Shown here piece after piece: positions 8,308 to 17,005 of a stretch of 64,000 bases of DNA (position 1 is its first letter; the number at the start of each line of letters is the position of its first letter). The position numbers were made by a program, and so were the translations under genes. The notes under the pieces were generated by a model. It searched no databases. It was not told where the DNA came from and saw nothing but the letters and a program-made list of their open reading frames with translations. Source of the DNA: Acidobacteriota bacterium (lineage in GTDB: Bacteria > Acidobacteriota > UBA890 > WLXD01); assembly GCA_965248695.1 (NCBI GenBank), contig CBDFKD010000002.1, positions 2,560,001 through 2,624,000 of the forward strand. The letters are read 5' to 3'.

Positions 8308-10863
8308 ATGGACAGCCTCTGGCAGGACTTTCGCTACGCGGTACGCGTGCTGGGCAAGAACCCCGGCTTCACCGTCGTGGCGGTGCTGGTGCTGGCGCTC
8401 GGCATCGGCGCCAACACGTCGATGTTCACGCTCACCAACGCTCTCCTGCTGCGACCGATCGAGGCCGAGGCTCCGCACGAGCTGGTGGCGCTCTACGGCA
8501 AGAACGTCGCACGCCCGGACTCGTATCGTGCGTTCTCCTACCCGAACTTCGAGGACGTGCGGGAGCTGAGCAACACCTTCACCAGCCTGATGGCGCACGA
8601 CATCACAGCGGTGGGGCTGACCGAGGGCGACGTGACGCGGCGCATCTTCGCCGAGTTCGCCTCGCACGACTATCTGGACACCTTCGGTGTGGTGCCGTTC
8701 CGCGGCCGCTTCTTCACGGCTGCGGAGGAAGCGCCGGAGTCGGGAGTTCCTGTCGCCGTCGTGAGCTACGAATACTGGAGAAGGACGGGGCGCGATCCCG
8801 AGCTCGTTGGCAACGCGGTGGAAGTCAACGGTCAAACGTTGACCATCGTCGGCATCGCACCGCGCAATTTCACCGGCCGTACCGCGCTCCTGTCGCCTAG
8901 CCTGTACATCCCACTGGGGATGTACCACCTGCTGGTGAACGAGACGTTCGGCGGCGACAGCGGTCAGTCGCTGTCGGATCGTGACAATCACGACCTTTTC
9001 CTCGTCGGACGCCTGCGCTCCGGACTGACCATCGACGAGGCGAATGTCGAGCTGGAGGTGCTAGCGGCGCAGCTTGAGGACGCGCACGCGGCGATCAACC
9101 AGGATCAGACGATCATCGTCGACGCGCTGTCGCGCCTCGGCGTGAGCACGAGCCCCAACAGCGACGACGGCATCGGGCTGGTGGTGGCGCTGCTGATGGG
9201 GATGACGAGCATCGTCCTGCTGATCGCCTGCATCAACCTCGCCAACATGATGCTGGCCCGCGGCGCTGTTCGCCGTAAGGAGTTTGCCATCCGCGCCGCG
9301 ATCGGCGGCGGGCGAGTGCGCATCGTGCGACAGCTGCTTACCGAGGGGCTGCTGCTGTCGGTTCTGGGTGGACTCGCGGGGCTGGCAATCTCCTATTGGG
9401 TGAACACGCTGATGGCGGCCTCGATGAACCAACTGCTGGCAATGAACAGCCTGGCCATGGACATCGTCCTGCACGCTGCCCCCGACACTCGCGTGCTACT
9501 CGCGACCGCCGCGTTCTGTCTGATCGGCACGCTGTTGTTCGGCTTCGGACCCGCGTGGCGGCAGTCGCGCCCCGACGTCATGCAGGATCTAAAGGACCAG
9601 ATCGGAAACGCCACCGGTGGACGCCACGGTCGCCGCCCAGGGCGGCGCAACCTGCTCGTGGTTAGCCAGATCGCGCTGTCGCTGGTACTGCTGACGTCGG
9701 CGGGGCTGTTCATCCGCGGCGCCTTGAAGGCGGCGAACGTCGATCCCGGGTTCGACATCGACAACGGCTTGCTAGTAGAGATCGATCCGAGCCTCGCCGG
9801 CTACGACGATCTGCAGAGCAAGGATCTCTATCGCCGGCTCATCGATCGGCTCCGTAGCATTCCCGAGATCGAGGCGGCGAGCGTAGCCGCCACGGTAGCG
9901 TTCGGAACCGTCTCGAACGGAAGTAGCGTGCGCCGCGCCGAGGACCTACCAGTGGCGTCCGGGGACGGCACCGAGGAGATCGAGACCGTCTCGGCAACCT
10001 CCAACGTTGTCGGCGACGACTACTTCGAGGCCCTCGGAACGGGTGTGGCTCGAGGCCGCGGCTTCACCCTCGCCGAGTCTGAAACCGACAGCGGGCCTCG
10101 CGTCGCCATCATCGATGAGCTGTTGGCGGCCGAGCTGTGGCCGGGGCCGGATCCGCTCGGACGCTCCATCGGATTCGGACGCGATCCGAGCACTCGAGGT
10201 AGCAACGACAGGGAGGTTGTCGGCGTCGTCAAGACGGTCCGCGACGACTTGTTTCCGGCCGAGCCCCGCCCGCATGTGTACATGCCGTTCGGCCAGAGCT
10301 TCCAGGCGGGGATGAACATTCACCTGCGCGCCGCGCCGATGGGTGACGACGCCCGCGCTGCGTTGCTGCGAACCGTGCGACGTGAAATGCGGGCGGTCGA
10401 CGATCGGCTGCCGATACTGAGCCTCAAGACGCTACAGGGTCATATCAGCGAGAGCGCCAGCCTGTGGGTGGTCGGCCTCGGTGCCACCATCTTCACCGCC
10501 TTCGGGGCGCTGGCGCTATTCCTGGCGGTGGTCGGTGTTTACGGGGTCAAGGCGTACACCGTTGCCCAGCGCACGCGCGAGATCGGCATTCGCAAGTCGC
10601 TGGGCGCTTCCGCCAGCGACACGCTATGGCTGATCCTCCGAGAAGGCCTGATGCTGACGCTCGCCGGCCTGGGGATCGGCCTCGTGCTGTCGGCTAGTGT
10701 GGCGCGACTGCTATCCAGCCTGCTCTACGAGGTCAGCGCCCTCGATCCGCTCGCCTTCATCGCCGCACCGTTGATCTTGGCCGCCGCGTCGCTGCTTGCT
10801 ACCTACCTGCCGGCACGGCGGGCAGCGAACATCGCCCCGATCACTGCCTTGCGCCATCAGTAG
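8308..10863 (+). CDS. ADOP-type duplicated MacB/FtsX-like permease
   Basis: QDFRYAVRVL...[18 protein letters not shown] and RTREIGIRKSLGA; two periplasmic-core plus FtsX halves; no ATPase nearby. Confidence 0.92.
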   Translation: MDSLWQDFRYAVRVLGKNPGFTVVAVLVLALGIGANTSMFTLTNALLLRPIEAEAPHELVALYGKNVARPDSYRAFSYPNFEDVRELSNTFTSLMAHDITAVGLTEGDVTRRIFAEFASHDYLDTFGVVPFRGRFFTAAEEAPESGVPVAVVSYEYWRRTGRDPELVGNAVEVNGQTLTIVGIAPRNFTGRTALLSPSLYIPLGMYHLLVNETFGGDSGQSLSDRDNHDLFLVGRLRSGLTIDEANVELEVLAAQLEDAHAAINQDQTIIVDALSRLGVSTSPNSDDGIGLVVALLMGMTSIVLLIACINLANMMLARGAVRRKEFAIRAAIGGGRVRIVRQLLTEGLLLSVLGGLAGLAISYWVNTLMAASMNQLLAMNSLAMDIVLHAAPDTRVLLATAAFCLIGTLLFGFGPAWRQSRPDVMQDLKDQIGNATGGRHGRRPGRRNLLVVSQIALSLVLLTSAGLFIRGALKAANVDPGFDIDNGLLVEIDPSLAGYDDLQSKDLYRRLIDRLRSIPEIEAASVAATVAFGTVSNGSSVRRAEDLPVASGDGTEEIETVSATSNVVGDDYFEALGTGVARGRGFTLAESETDSGPRVAIIDELLAAELWPGPDPLGRSIGFGRDPSTRGSNDREVVGVVKTVRDDLFPAEPRPHVYMPFGQSFQAGMNIHLRAAPMGDDARAALLRTVRREMRAVDDRLPILSLKTLQGHISESASLWVVGLGATIFTAFGALALFLAVVGVYGVKAYTVAQRTREIGIRKSLGASASDTLWLILREGLMLTLAGLGIGLVLSASVARLLSSLLYEVSALDPLAFIAAPLILAAASLLATYLPARRAANIAPITALRHQ

Positions 10864-12460
10864 TCGGAAACACCGCCTCCGGCGGCTGTTCGGGAAGCGG
10901 CTCGACGAATCGGTACTCGCCGTCGAACACGCTGCGGTTGCCGTCGGGTGCCCACCGACCCCAGATCGCCTGCACCATGTCGTCGGTCAGGTTCACCATG
11001 CGATGCATGGTATTCGGCGCGATGTACACGATCTCGCCGCGCTCGGCGATAAACGTATCGTCGCCAAGCGTCCACTCGGTCTGCCCGCTCAGAACGACGT
11101 AGAACTCCGGTACCGGATGCACGTGACCAGCGTAGATCGCCCGCGGCGCGAGCTCCCACAACCCGACCTGCAGGTCGTCGTCCGGGATCGAGTCGCCACC
11201 GATGACGGTGTTCCAGCGCTGAATACCGAAGGTGGTCTCCCATCCGAGCGCCGCGGCGTTGACATGTGCCGGCACCGGAGGCTCCGGGTCGGAGACGCGT
11301 ATCACGGCCGACAGCGACATCTGGTCCGCCAGGTAGAGGTCGGCTACTTCCAGACCAAGGTTCTCGGGAACGATGTCGTTCATGTTGCACATCACGAAGG
11401 TGGAGAACTGCTGATCTGGAAAGCGCACGTAGTACGCCTTGAAGCCCATGAACGAGCCGGTGTGCCCGAGCGTTCGCAGGCCGCGATGCTCCCCCTCGCG
11501 GATCGCGAACGCGTAGTCCAGCACCTCGCCACTGTTGAGCACGCCCTTGGTATGCATCACGTCCATGAAGTCGGGCCCACCGAGCCGGTTGTCGAGGAAG
11601 TTGCGGTCCCAACGGATGAAGTCCTCGACTGTGGTGTAGAGCCCGCCGGCGCCGGGCAGGGCGAAGTTTCCCTGATAGCTCTGGATGTAGCGGTCGGAGC
11701 CCTTCCCGCCGGTGGCCGGCGACGGCATGTAGCTCATGGCGCGGCGGGCGACAATGTGCACCGGGTCGTCGTGGAAGTGCGTGTTGCTCATGCCGAGAGG
11801 CTCGAAGATCCGCTCGGTGGTGTATTCACGAAGGCTCATGCCGCTGGCCCGCTGCACCACCATCGACAGCAGCAGATAGCCGCCGTTGGAGTACTGGTAC
11901 TTGTCCCCCGGCGGGAAATCGAGCTCCTGGCGCGCTAGCAACGCCAGGGCCTCATCGCGACTGAACTGGTTCCACGTGGTGAGCCCGTTCTCGCGCATCA
12001 CCCGGTACATGTCGGGCACACCACTGGTGTGGTGTACCAGGTGCCGAACCGTGACCGGCGGGTCGCGGTCGGGCATCTCCGGCAGGTACTCGCGGACGTC
12101 GTCATCGAGAGCAAGCTTGCCGTCGTGCGCCAGGAAGGCAATGGCGGCGGCGGTGAACTGCTTGGAGACGGAGCCGACGTAGATGACGGTCGTCGGGCTC
12201 ATCGGGATGTCCCAGTCGAGGTTGGCGTGCCCGTATCCGTTCTTGTAGATCAGCTTTCCTTGGTCAGCCACGCCCAGGGAGCATCCGACGGATCCCGGCT
12301 CATCAAACTGCGCGAACACTGCGTCTATTTCGCCCGGGTCCGGGATCTGCAACGCGACCGGCCCGGCCTCCTGCGCTTCTCCGACGCCAGGAACCCCCGA
12401 CAGCAAAGCCGCCAAAGCGACGGTCACCGACACAAAGGGAACGCGCAGCAGCCTCATCAT
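10841..12460 (-). CDS. Secreted beta-lactamase-family serine hydrolase fused to a C-terminal cupin domain
   Basis: Signal peptide; SVSK (SxxK), YSN (YxN) and HTG motifs; cupin HVHPVPEFY...GEIVYIAPNTMH; start after AAGGAGG. Confidence 0.85.
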   Translation of the reverse strand: MMRLLRVPFVSVTVALAALLSGVPGVGEAQEAGPVALQIPDPGEIDAVFAQFDEPGSVGCSLGVADQGKLIYKNGYGHANLDWDIPMSPTTVIYVGSVSKQFTAAAIAFLAHDGKLALDDDVREYLPEMPDRDPPVTVRHLVHHTSGVPDMYRVMRENGLTTWNQFSRDEALALLARQELDFPPGDKYQYSNGGYLLLSMVVQRASGMSLREYTTERIFEPLGMSNTHFHDDPVHIVARRAMSYMPSPATGGKGSDRYIQSYQGNFALPGAGGLYTTVEDFIRWDRNFLDNRLGGPDFMDVMHTKGVLNSGEVLDYAFAIREGEHRGLRTLGHTGSFMGFKAYYVRFPDQQFSTFVMCNMNDIVPENLGLEVADLYLADQMSLSAVIRVSDPEPPVPAHVNAAALGWETTFGIQRWNTVIGGDSIPDDDLQVGLWELAPRAIYAGHVHPVPEFYVVLSGQTEWTLGDDTFIAERGEIVYIAPNTMHRMVNLTDDMVQAIWGRWAPDGNRSVFDGEYRFVEPLPEQPPEAVFPTTDGARQ

Positions 12461-12477
12461 GCCCTCCTTGGGTTGCG

Positions 12478-14550
12478 TCAACCGCCGTAGCGCTCGAACC
12501 ACTCGATCATACGGCGCAGCCGCTCGACCAGATTCACCGGGGTGCCGTTGCGCGACAGGCCGTGGTTCTCGCCACGGAACACCAGCAACTCGGTGTCGAC
12601 AGCGTTGTTCTTCAGCGCGTAGAACCACTCCTCAGCTTGACCAAGGGGGCAGATCATATCCTGATCGCTGTGGATGATCAGGGTCGGCGTGGTTACGTTG
12701 TCGGCGTGCTTCAGGGGCGAGCGATCCCAGTACAGATCCCAGTTGTCCCAAAGGTTGCCGCCAAACTCGTCGCGCATGGCGCGCGGGGTGTACTGCTGGG
12801 TACCGGCCTCCGAGACCCAGCTGGACACGCTGCGCTGGGTGACGGCGGCTCGGAACCTGCCGGTCTGGGTGGTGATCCAGTTGGTGAGGAAGCCGCCGTG
12901 GCTGCCGCCAGTGACAAACAGTCGTTCCGGGTCGATCCAGTCGTAACGCGCCAGCAGCTCGTCGACCAGCTGCATGTTGTCGCGATAGTCGACGCCGCCG
13001 TAGTCGAGGCGCACGGCGCTCTGATGCGCGTCGCCGTAGCCTGTAGAACCACGATAGTTCACGAAGGTCACGGCCCAGCCCCTACCGGCGAGCATCTGGT
13101 TCTCGTGGAACCACTGATAGCCCCACATGCCACCGGGACCGCCCTTGATGTTCAGCACCAGTGGGATCTTGCCCTCGGTCGGAACAACCGGACGCAGCAG
13201 AAACGCCTGCACCTCGGTGCCGTCATCGTTGGTAAACCGAATCTCCTCGAGCTCGCCACGCGCCAGCGGCGCTAGCAAATCCTCGTTGAGCCGGGTGAGC
13301 TGACGCATCGAGCCGCCGTCGGCGCTGGCGACGAACACCTCGGGCAACGATTGCTCGTCGTCGAGGGTGAAGGCGATTCGGTCCGCACCCGTGGCGACGG
13401 ACAGGTTTCGCACCGACCAGTCGGGCTCCAGTAAACGCGTCGCCGCGGCGGTCGTGACATCGAGGCGGAACAGCCCGCGGCTGCCCTGATCGTCGGCAAC
13501 GAGAAAGATCGCCGAGCTGTCGCGCGACCAACTCAACGAGCCCGGATTGCGATCGAGGCTCGAGGTGACGTTGCGCGGCGGATCCGATCCGTCGAGCGCT
13601 CGCACGAAGACGTCGGGCTGGTCGTACGGAGCGTCGGTGCGGACGTAGGCGACCCTCGTCCCGTCGGGAGAGATCCGCGCGCCGGAGTCCCGGTGTGCTT
13701 GCGTGGTGAGCTGCACCGGTACGATCGACTCGGGGCTCGACAGGTCGCCGGCAAGATCGATGCGCCAGATATCGGAGTTGGAGCCGCCGTCGTACTCGAG
13801 CCCGGTGCGGTCCGACGAGAAGACCAGGGTGGCGCTGTCGTTCGATAGGTGCGGAGAGCTGTCGTTCCAGGCAGTGCCGTGGGTCAGCTGCACGCTCGTG
13901 CCGGTCTCGATGTCGAACAGAAAGAGATGCCGACGACGCTGGTCGAGGTAGCCGCGACCGTTGGCCTTGTACAGCGCGTCCTTGACGACGTCGAGGTCCG
14001 GCCTGGGCTCCGTGGCCGAGGCATCCTCATCTGACGTTTTGGGCCCTTCCAGCGTCAGCAACAGCCGGTCGCCGCTGGGCAGCCACTGCAACTCGCCAAC
14101 GCCGCCCTCGATTCTGCTCCGCTGTCGCGCCTCACCGCCGTCGCGAGGCATGAGGAAGACTTGCGACGACTCCGGGATCGCGGCGCTAGTCGAATCTGTC
14201 CCCGTGGTCTCGGCACCGGTTCGCAGGAAGGCGATCGCCGTGCCATCGGGCGACCATCGAGGAGAACCATCGGTCGTGCCGGCGGTGAGCGGTCGCGGAC
14301 GGGCGGAGCCGTCCGCTGCGACCATCCAGATGGTGCGATCACGGCCGCGACGATCGTCGCTAACGTCAGCGACGACGAACAGCACCTCCTCGCCGTTTGG
14401 CGATATCTGCACGTCGCTGATCTGTCGGAACGCGTAGTAGTCCTCCGGAACCATGGGCCGCGCGGCCAGGCCGGTGGCTTCCTGAGCCGACCAGGCGGGA
14501 ACGGCGAGACACAACCCGAGTATGCTGCCGGCGGCGTAGAGCGTTCGCAT
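12478..14550 (-). CDS. S9 family peptidase with PD40/beta-propeller N-terminus
   Basis: Signal peptide from ATG 14550; SPDG repeats; catalytic motifs GGSHGG, HSDQD and GENH. Confidence 0.9.
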   Translation of the reverse strand: MRTLYAAGSILGLCLAVPAWSAQEATGLAARPMVPEDYYAFRQISDVQISPNGEEVLFVVADVSDDRRGRDRTIWMVAADGSARPRPLTAGTTDGSPRWSPDGTAIAFLRTGAETTGTDSTSAAIPESSQVFLMPRDGGEARQRSRIEGGVGELQWLPSGDRLLLTLEGPKTSDEDASATEPRPDLDVVKDALYKANGRGYLDQRRRHLFLFDIETGTSVQLTHGTAWNDSSPHLSNDSATLVFSSDRTGLEYDGGSNSDIWRIDLAGDLSSPESIVPVQLTTQAHRDSGARISPDGTRVAYVRTDAPYDQPDVFVRALDGSDPPRNVTSSLDRNPGSLSWSRDSSAIFLVADDQGSRGLFRLDVTTAAATRLLEPDWSVRNLSVATGADRIAFTLDDEQSLPEVFVASADGGSMRQLTRLNEDLLAPLARGELEEIRFTNDDGTEVQAFLLRPVVPTEGKIPLVLNIKGGPGGMWGYQWFHENQMLAGRGWAVTFVNYRGSTGYGDAHQSAVRLDYGGVDYRDNMQLVDELLARYDWIDPERLFVTGGSHGGFLTNWITTQTGRFRAAVTQRSVSSWVSEAGTQQYTPRAMRDEFGGNLWDNWDLYWDRSPLKHADNVTTPTLIIHSDQDMICPLGQAEEWFYALKNNAVDTELLVFRGENHGLSRNGTPVNLVERLRRMIEWFERYGG

Positions 14551-14620
14551 TTGGCTTCCTTTCGGCTGATTCGCCGACCGTGGGAAATGCTCACGATTTC
14601 CCCGGGTACGGCAAACTCTG

Positions 14621-14809
14621 CTAGTGGCTTGTAACAGATGATCGTCGCCACTGTTCTCTTGATGGGCCTGCGGACAGATGGGCAGTTGCGGGCGATCTCG
14701 GCGTTGCGGCTCCTGGACGATGTCCAAGCATCGACTTCGTCGCCGCGCCTTGATCTCACCCGCAAATCCCATCTGCGATAGGCAACGTTCATCTGTTACA
14801 GGCCACTAG
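14621..14809. mobile_element. 189-bp MITE-like palindromic element bounded by CTAG
   Basis: 21-bp terminal inverted repeats ctagtggc(t/c)tgtaacagatga with 1 mismatch; nested internal inverted repeats; no transposase; a homologous copy starts at 61866. Confidence 0.8.
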
Positions 14810-15912
14810 TCGAGCTCGCTGATGTGACGATCGGCTGAGGCGAGCCAATCGGGGTTCACTTCGACACCCCATCCTGCGCCCTCGGGAATTTGCACCTTTC
14901 CGTCGATCGCTTCCAGGGCCGGCGTGTAGAGCCCCTCCTGCCAGGGGTAGTAGTCGGTCGGCTCGATGGAGAACTCGACGTACGGGCCGGCGTTGTCGAT
15001 GGCGCCCATCATGTGCAGGGTGAAGACGGTCACCATCGACAGGTTGGCGGAGTGCGGCACACACGGCAGCCCGATCTCCGCGGCCATCGCAGCGACCCGG
15101 AGCGCGCGGCTCAGACCGCCGATGTAGCACACGTCGGGCTGCACGATGTCGAAGGCGCGCGCCTGCAGCATGCGGCGCCAGTGCGTCACGGAACAGTCCT
15201 GCTCCCCGCCAGCGACCGGCACCTCGGAGGCGCGCGTCACCTCCGCGGTCGATTCAAACTCCCAGTACGGGCACGGCTCCTCGTAGTGGCACACGCCGTG
15301 GTCGGCGAGCATGCGACCGACCTCGATCGCCTTCGCCGGGGTGTACGCACAGTTGGCATCGACCAGCAGCGCGACATCGTCGCCGAGGGCGCGTCGCACC
15401 TGCGAGACCACTGCCTCGGTTCGACCCGGCCATTGGTCGTCGTCGTGGCCGCATTCCTTGCCGATGCGGATCTTGAACGCCTCGAAGCCGTGCGCGTCGC
15501 GCAGACGGACGAGACGATCGGCCTCGTCCTCGGGGGTTATATCGCGCCGCATGCTGGCGCCGTACACCGGAAGCGGTCGCGGCGTTCCGCCGAGCAGCTC
15601 GCAAACGCTCTTGCCCGCGCGCTTGCCGCGCAGGTCCCACAGCGCGGTATCAAGACCGGTCAGCGCCCGGCGCACGTATGAGCCCGGGAACTTGAACTCG
15701 ATCTCGAGGATGCGATCGAGCAACGAATCGATGACGGTTGCGTCCTCGCCGAGGGCGTACGGAGCAACCTGACGGTGCATCACGCGGGCGGCGATGTCTG
15801 CGTGGTAAGGCGACAATTGGCCCCAACCCTCGGCGCCGTCGTCGGTACGCAGTCGCACCATGCTGACGAACTCGTTGCTGAAGGTCTCGATGCTCTGGAT
15901 ACGGGCGGTCAA
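14806..15912 (-). CDS. Mandelate racemase/muconate lactonizing enzyme family protein (enolase superfamily)
   Basis: [22 protein letters not shown] and QPD motifs. Confidence 0.9.
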   Translation of the reverse strand: MTARIQSIETFSNEFVSMVRLRTDDGAEGWGQLSPYHADIAARVMHRQVAPYALGEDATVIDSLLDRILEIEFKFPGSYVRRALTGLDTALWDLRGKRAGKSVCELLGGTPRPLPVYGASMRRDITPEDEADRLVRLRDAHGFEAFKIRIGKECGHDDDQWPGRTEAVVSQVRRALGDDVALLVDANCAYTPAKAIEVGRMLADHGVCHYEEPCPYWEFESTAEVTRASEVPVAGGEQDCSVTHWRRMLQARAFDIVQPDVCYIGGLSRALRVAAMAAEIGLPCVPHSANLSMVTVFTLHMMGAIDNAGPYVEFSIEPTDYYPWQEGLYTPALEAIDGKVQIPEGAGWGVEVNPDWLASADRHISELD

Positions 15913-15914
15913 CG

Positions 15915-16994
15915 TCAGAACACGATGACGTTGCGCAGCGCATCACCCCGATTCACCGCGGCGATCGCCTCGTTGATCTCGTCGAGCGGGTACCGGGAGG
16001 TGACCAGCTCGTCGAGCTTGAGCGCGCCCCGCTCATAGAGGCGCACCAGCTTCGGTATGTCGACGCGAATCTGCACCGACCCCATCTTGCTGCCGACGAT
16101 GGTCTGGCCGGCATCGGCCACGTTACCGAGCTCGATGTCGGTGAACTCTCCGGTGGCAGGCATGCCGACAATCACCAGTGTGCCGCCCCGTCGCAGCAGA
16201 CCGAGCCCCTGCTCGAACGCCGGCGCGCTACCCACGGTGACGAAGACGTAGTCGGCTCCCCGCCCATCGGTCAGGGAGCGGATGACCGCCGCCGGGTCGT
16301 CCTCACGTGCATTGACGCGATGGGTAGCGCCAAATGACAGCGCCGCATCCAGCTTCGTATCCACCAGATCGATCGCGATGATCGGGTCCGCATCGGCCAG
16401 CCTGGCGCCTTGAACGCTGTTGAGTCCGACGCCACCAGCGCCGATCACCACCACGCTGCTACCCGCAGGGACCTTTGCCGTATTCACCACCGCTCCCAGA
16501 CCCGTGATGACTCCACAGGCGAGTAGCGATGCGCTGGCGGATGACATGTCATCCGGGACCGCGACCAGCTGGGGCTGGTCCACGACCACCTGCTCGGCAA
16601 ACGCAGCGGTACGGAAACCCTGGAAAAGCGAGACCCCATCCGCTTGGGTGAGGGGGCTGTTCTCGTGCAGCGGAAAGGTCGTCTCGCACTGGGCAGGCAG
16701 GCCCTGCGAGCAGAAGAAACAGTGGCCACAGGAGCGCAGCAGGGTCACCACCACATGTTGGCCAACCTCGACCAGGGTCACGCCGGGACCCACTTCCTCC
16801 ACTACACCGGCGGCCTCATGCCCATAGACAACCGGCAGCGGCCCGCCCCAGGCTCCCTCGATGGCGTGGATGTCGCTGCGACAGATGGCACAAGCAGCGA
16901 GCTTGACCTTGACCTCTCCGGCCTGCGGGGCAGCGAGGTCGATCTCCTCGACGACCAGCGGCTCACCGAACTCGCGACAGACAGCAGCTCTCAT
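15915..16994 (-). CDS. Zinc-dependent alcohol dehydrogenase (MDR family)
   Basis: ICRSD, GHEAAG, CGHCFFC..C structural zinc site and GAGGVG; start at ATG 16994. Confidence 0.9.
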   Translation of the reverse strand: MRAAVCREFGEPLVVEEIDLAAPQAGEVKVKLAACAICRSDIHAIEGAWGGPLPVVYGHEAAGVVEEVGPGVTLVEVGQHVVVTLLRSCGHCFFCSQGLPAQCETTFPLHENSPLTQADGVSLFQGFRTAAFAEQVVVDQPQLVAVPDDMSSASASLLACGVITGLGAVVNTAKVPAGSSVVVIGAGGVGLNSVQGARLADADPIIAIDLVDTKLDAALSFGATHRVNAREDDPAAVIRSLTDGRGADYVFVTVGSAPAFEQGLGLLRRGGTLVIVGMPATGEFTDIELGNVADAGQTIVGSKMGSVQIRVDIPKLVRLYERGALKLDELVTSRYPLDEINEAIAAVNRGDALRNVIVF

Positions 16995-17005
16995 GCAGCT
17001 GCATT

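Noticed and set aside
14551-14772. N-terminal extension of the S9 peptidase ORF to 14772
   Set aside because: It runs through the MITE-like element; the signal peptide begins at ATG 14550.
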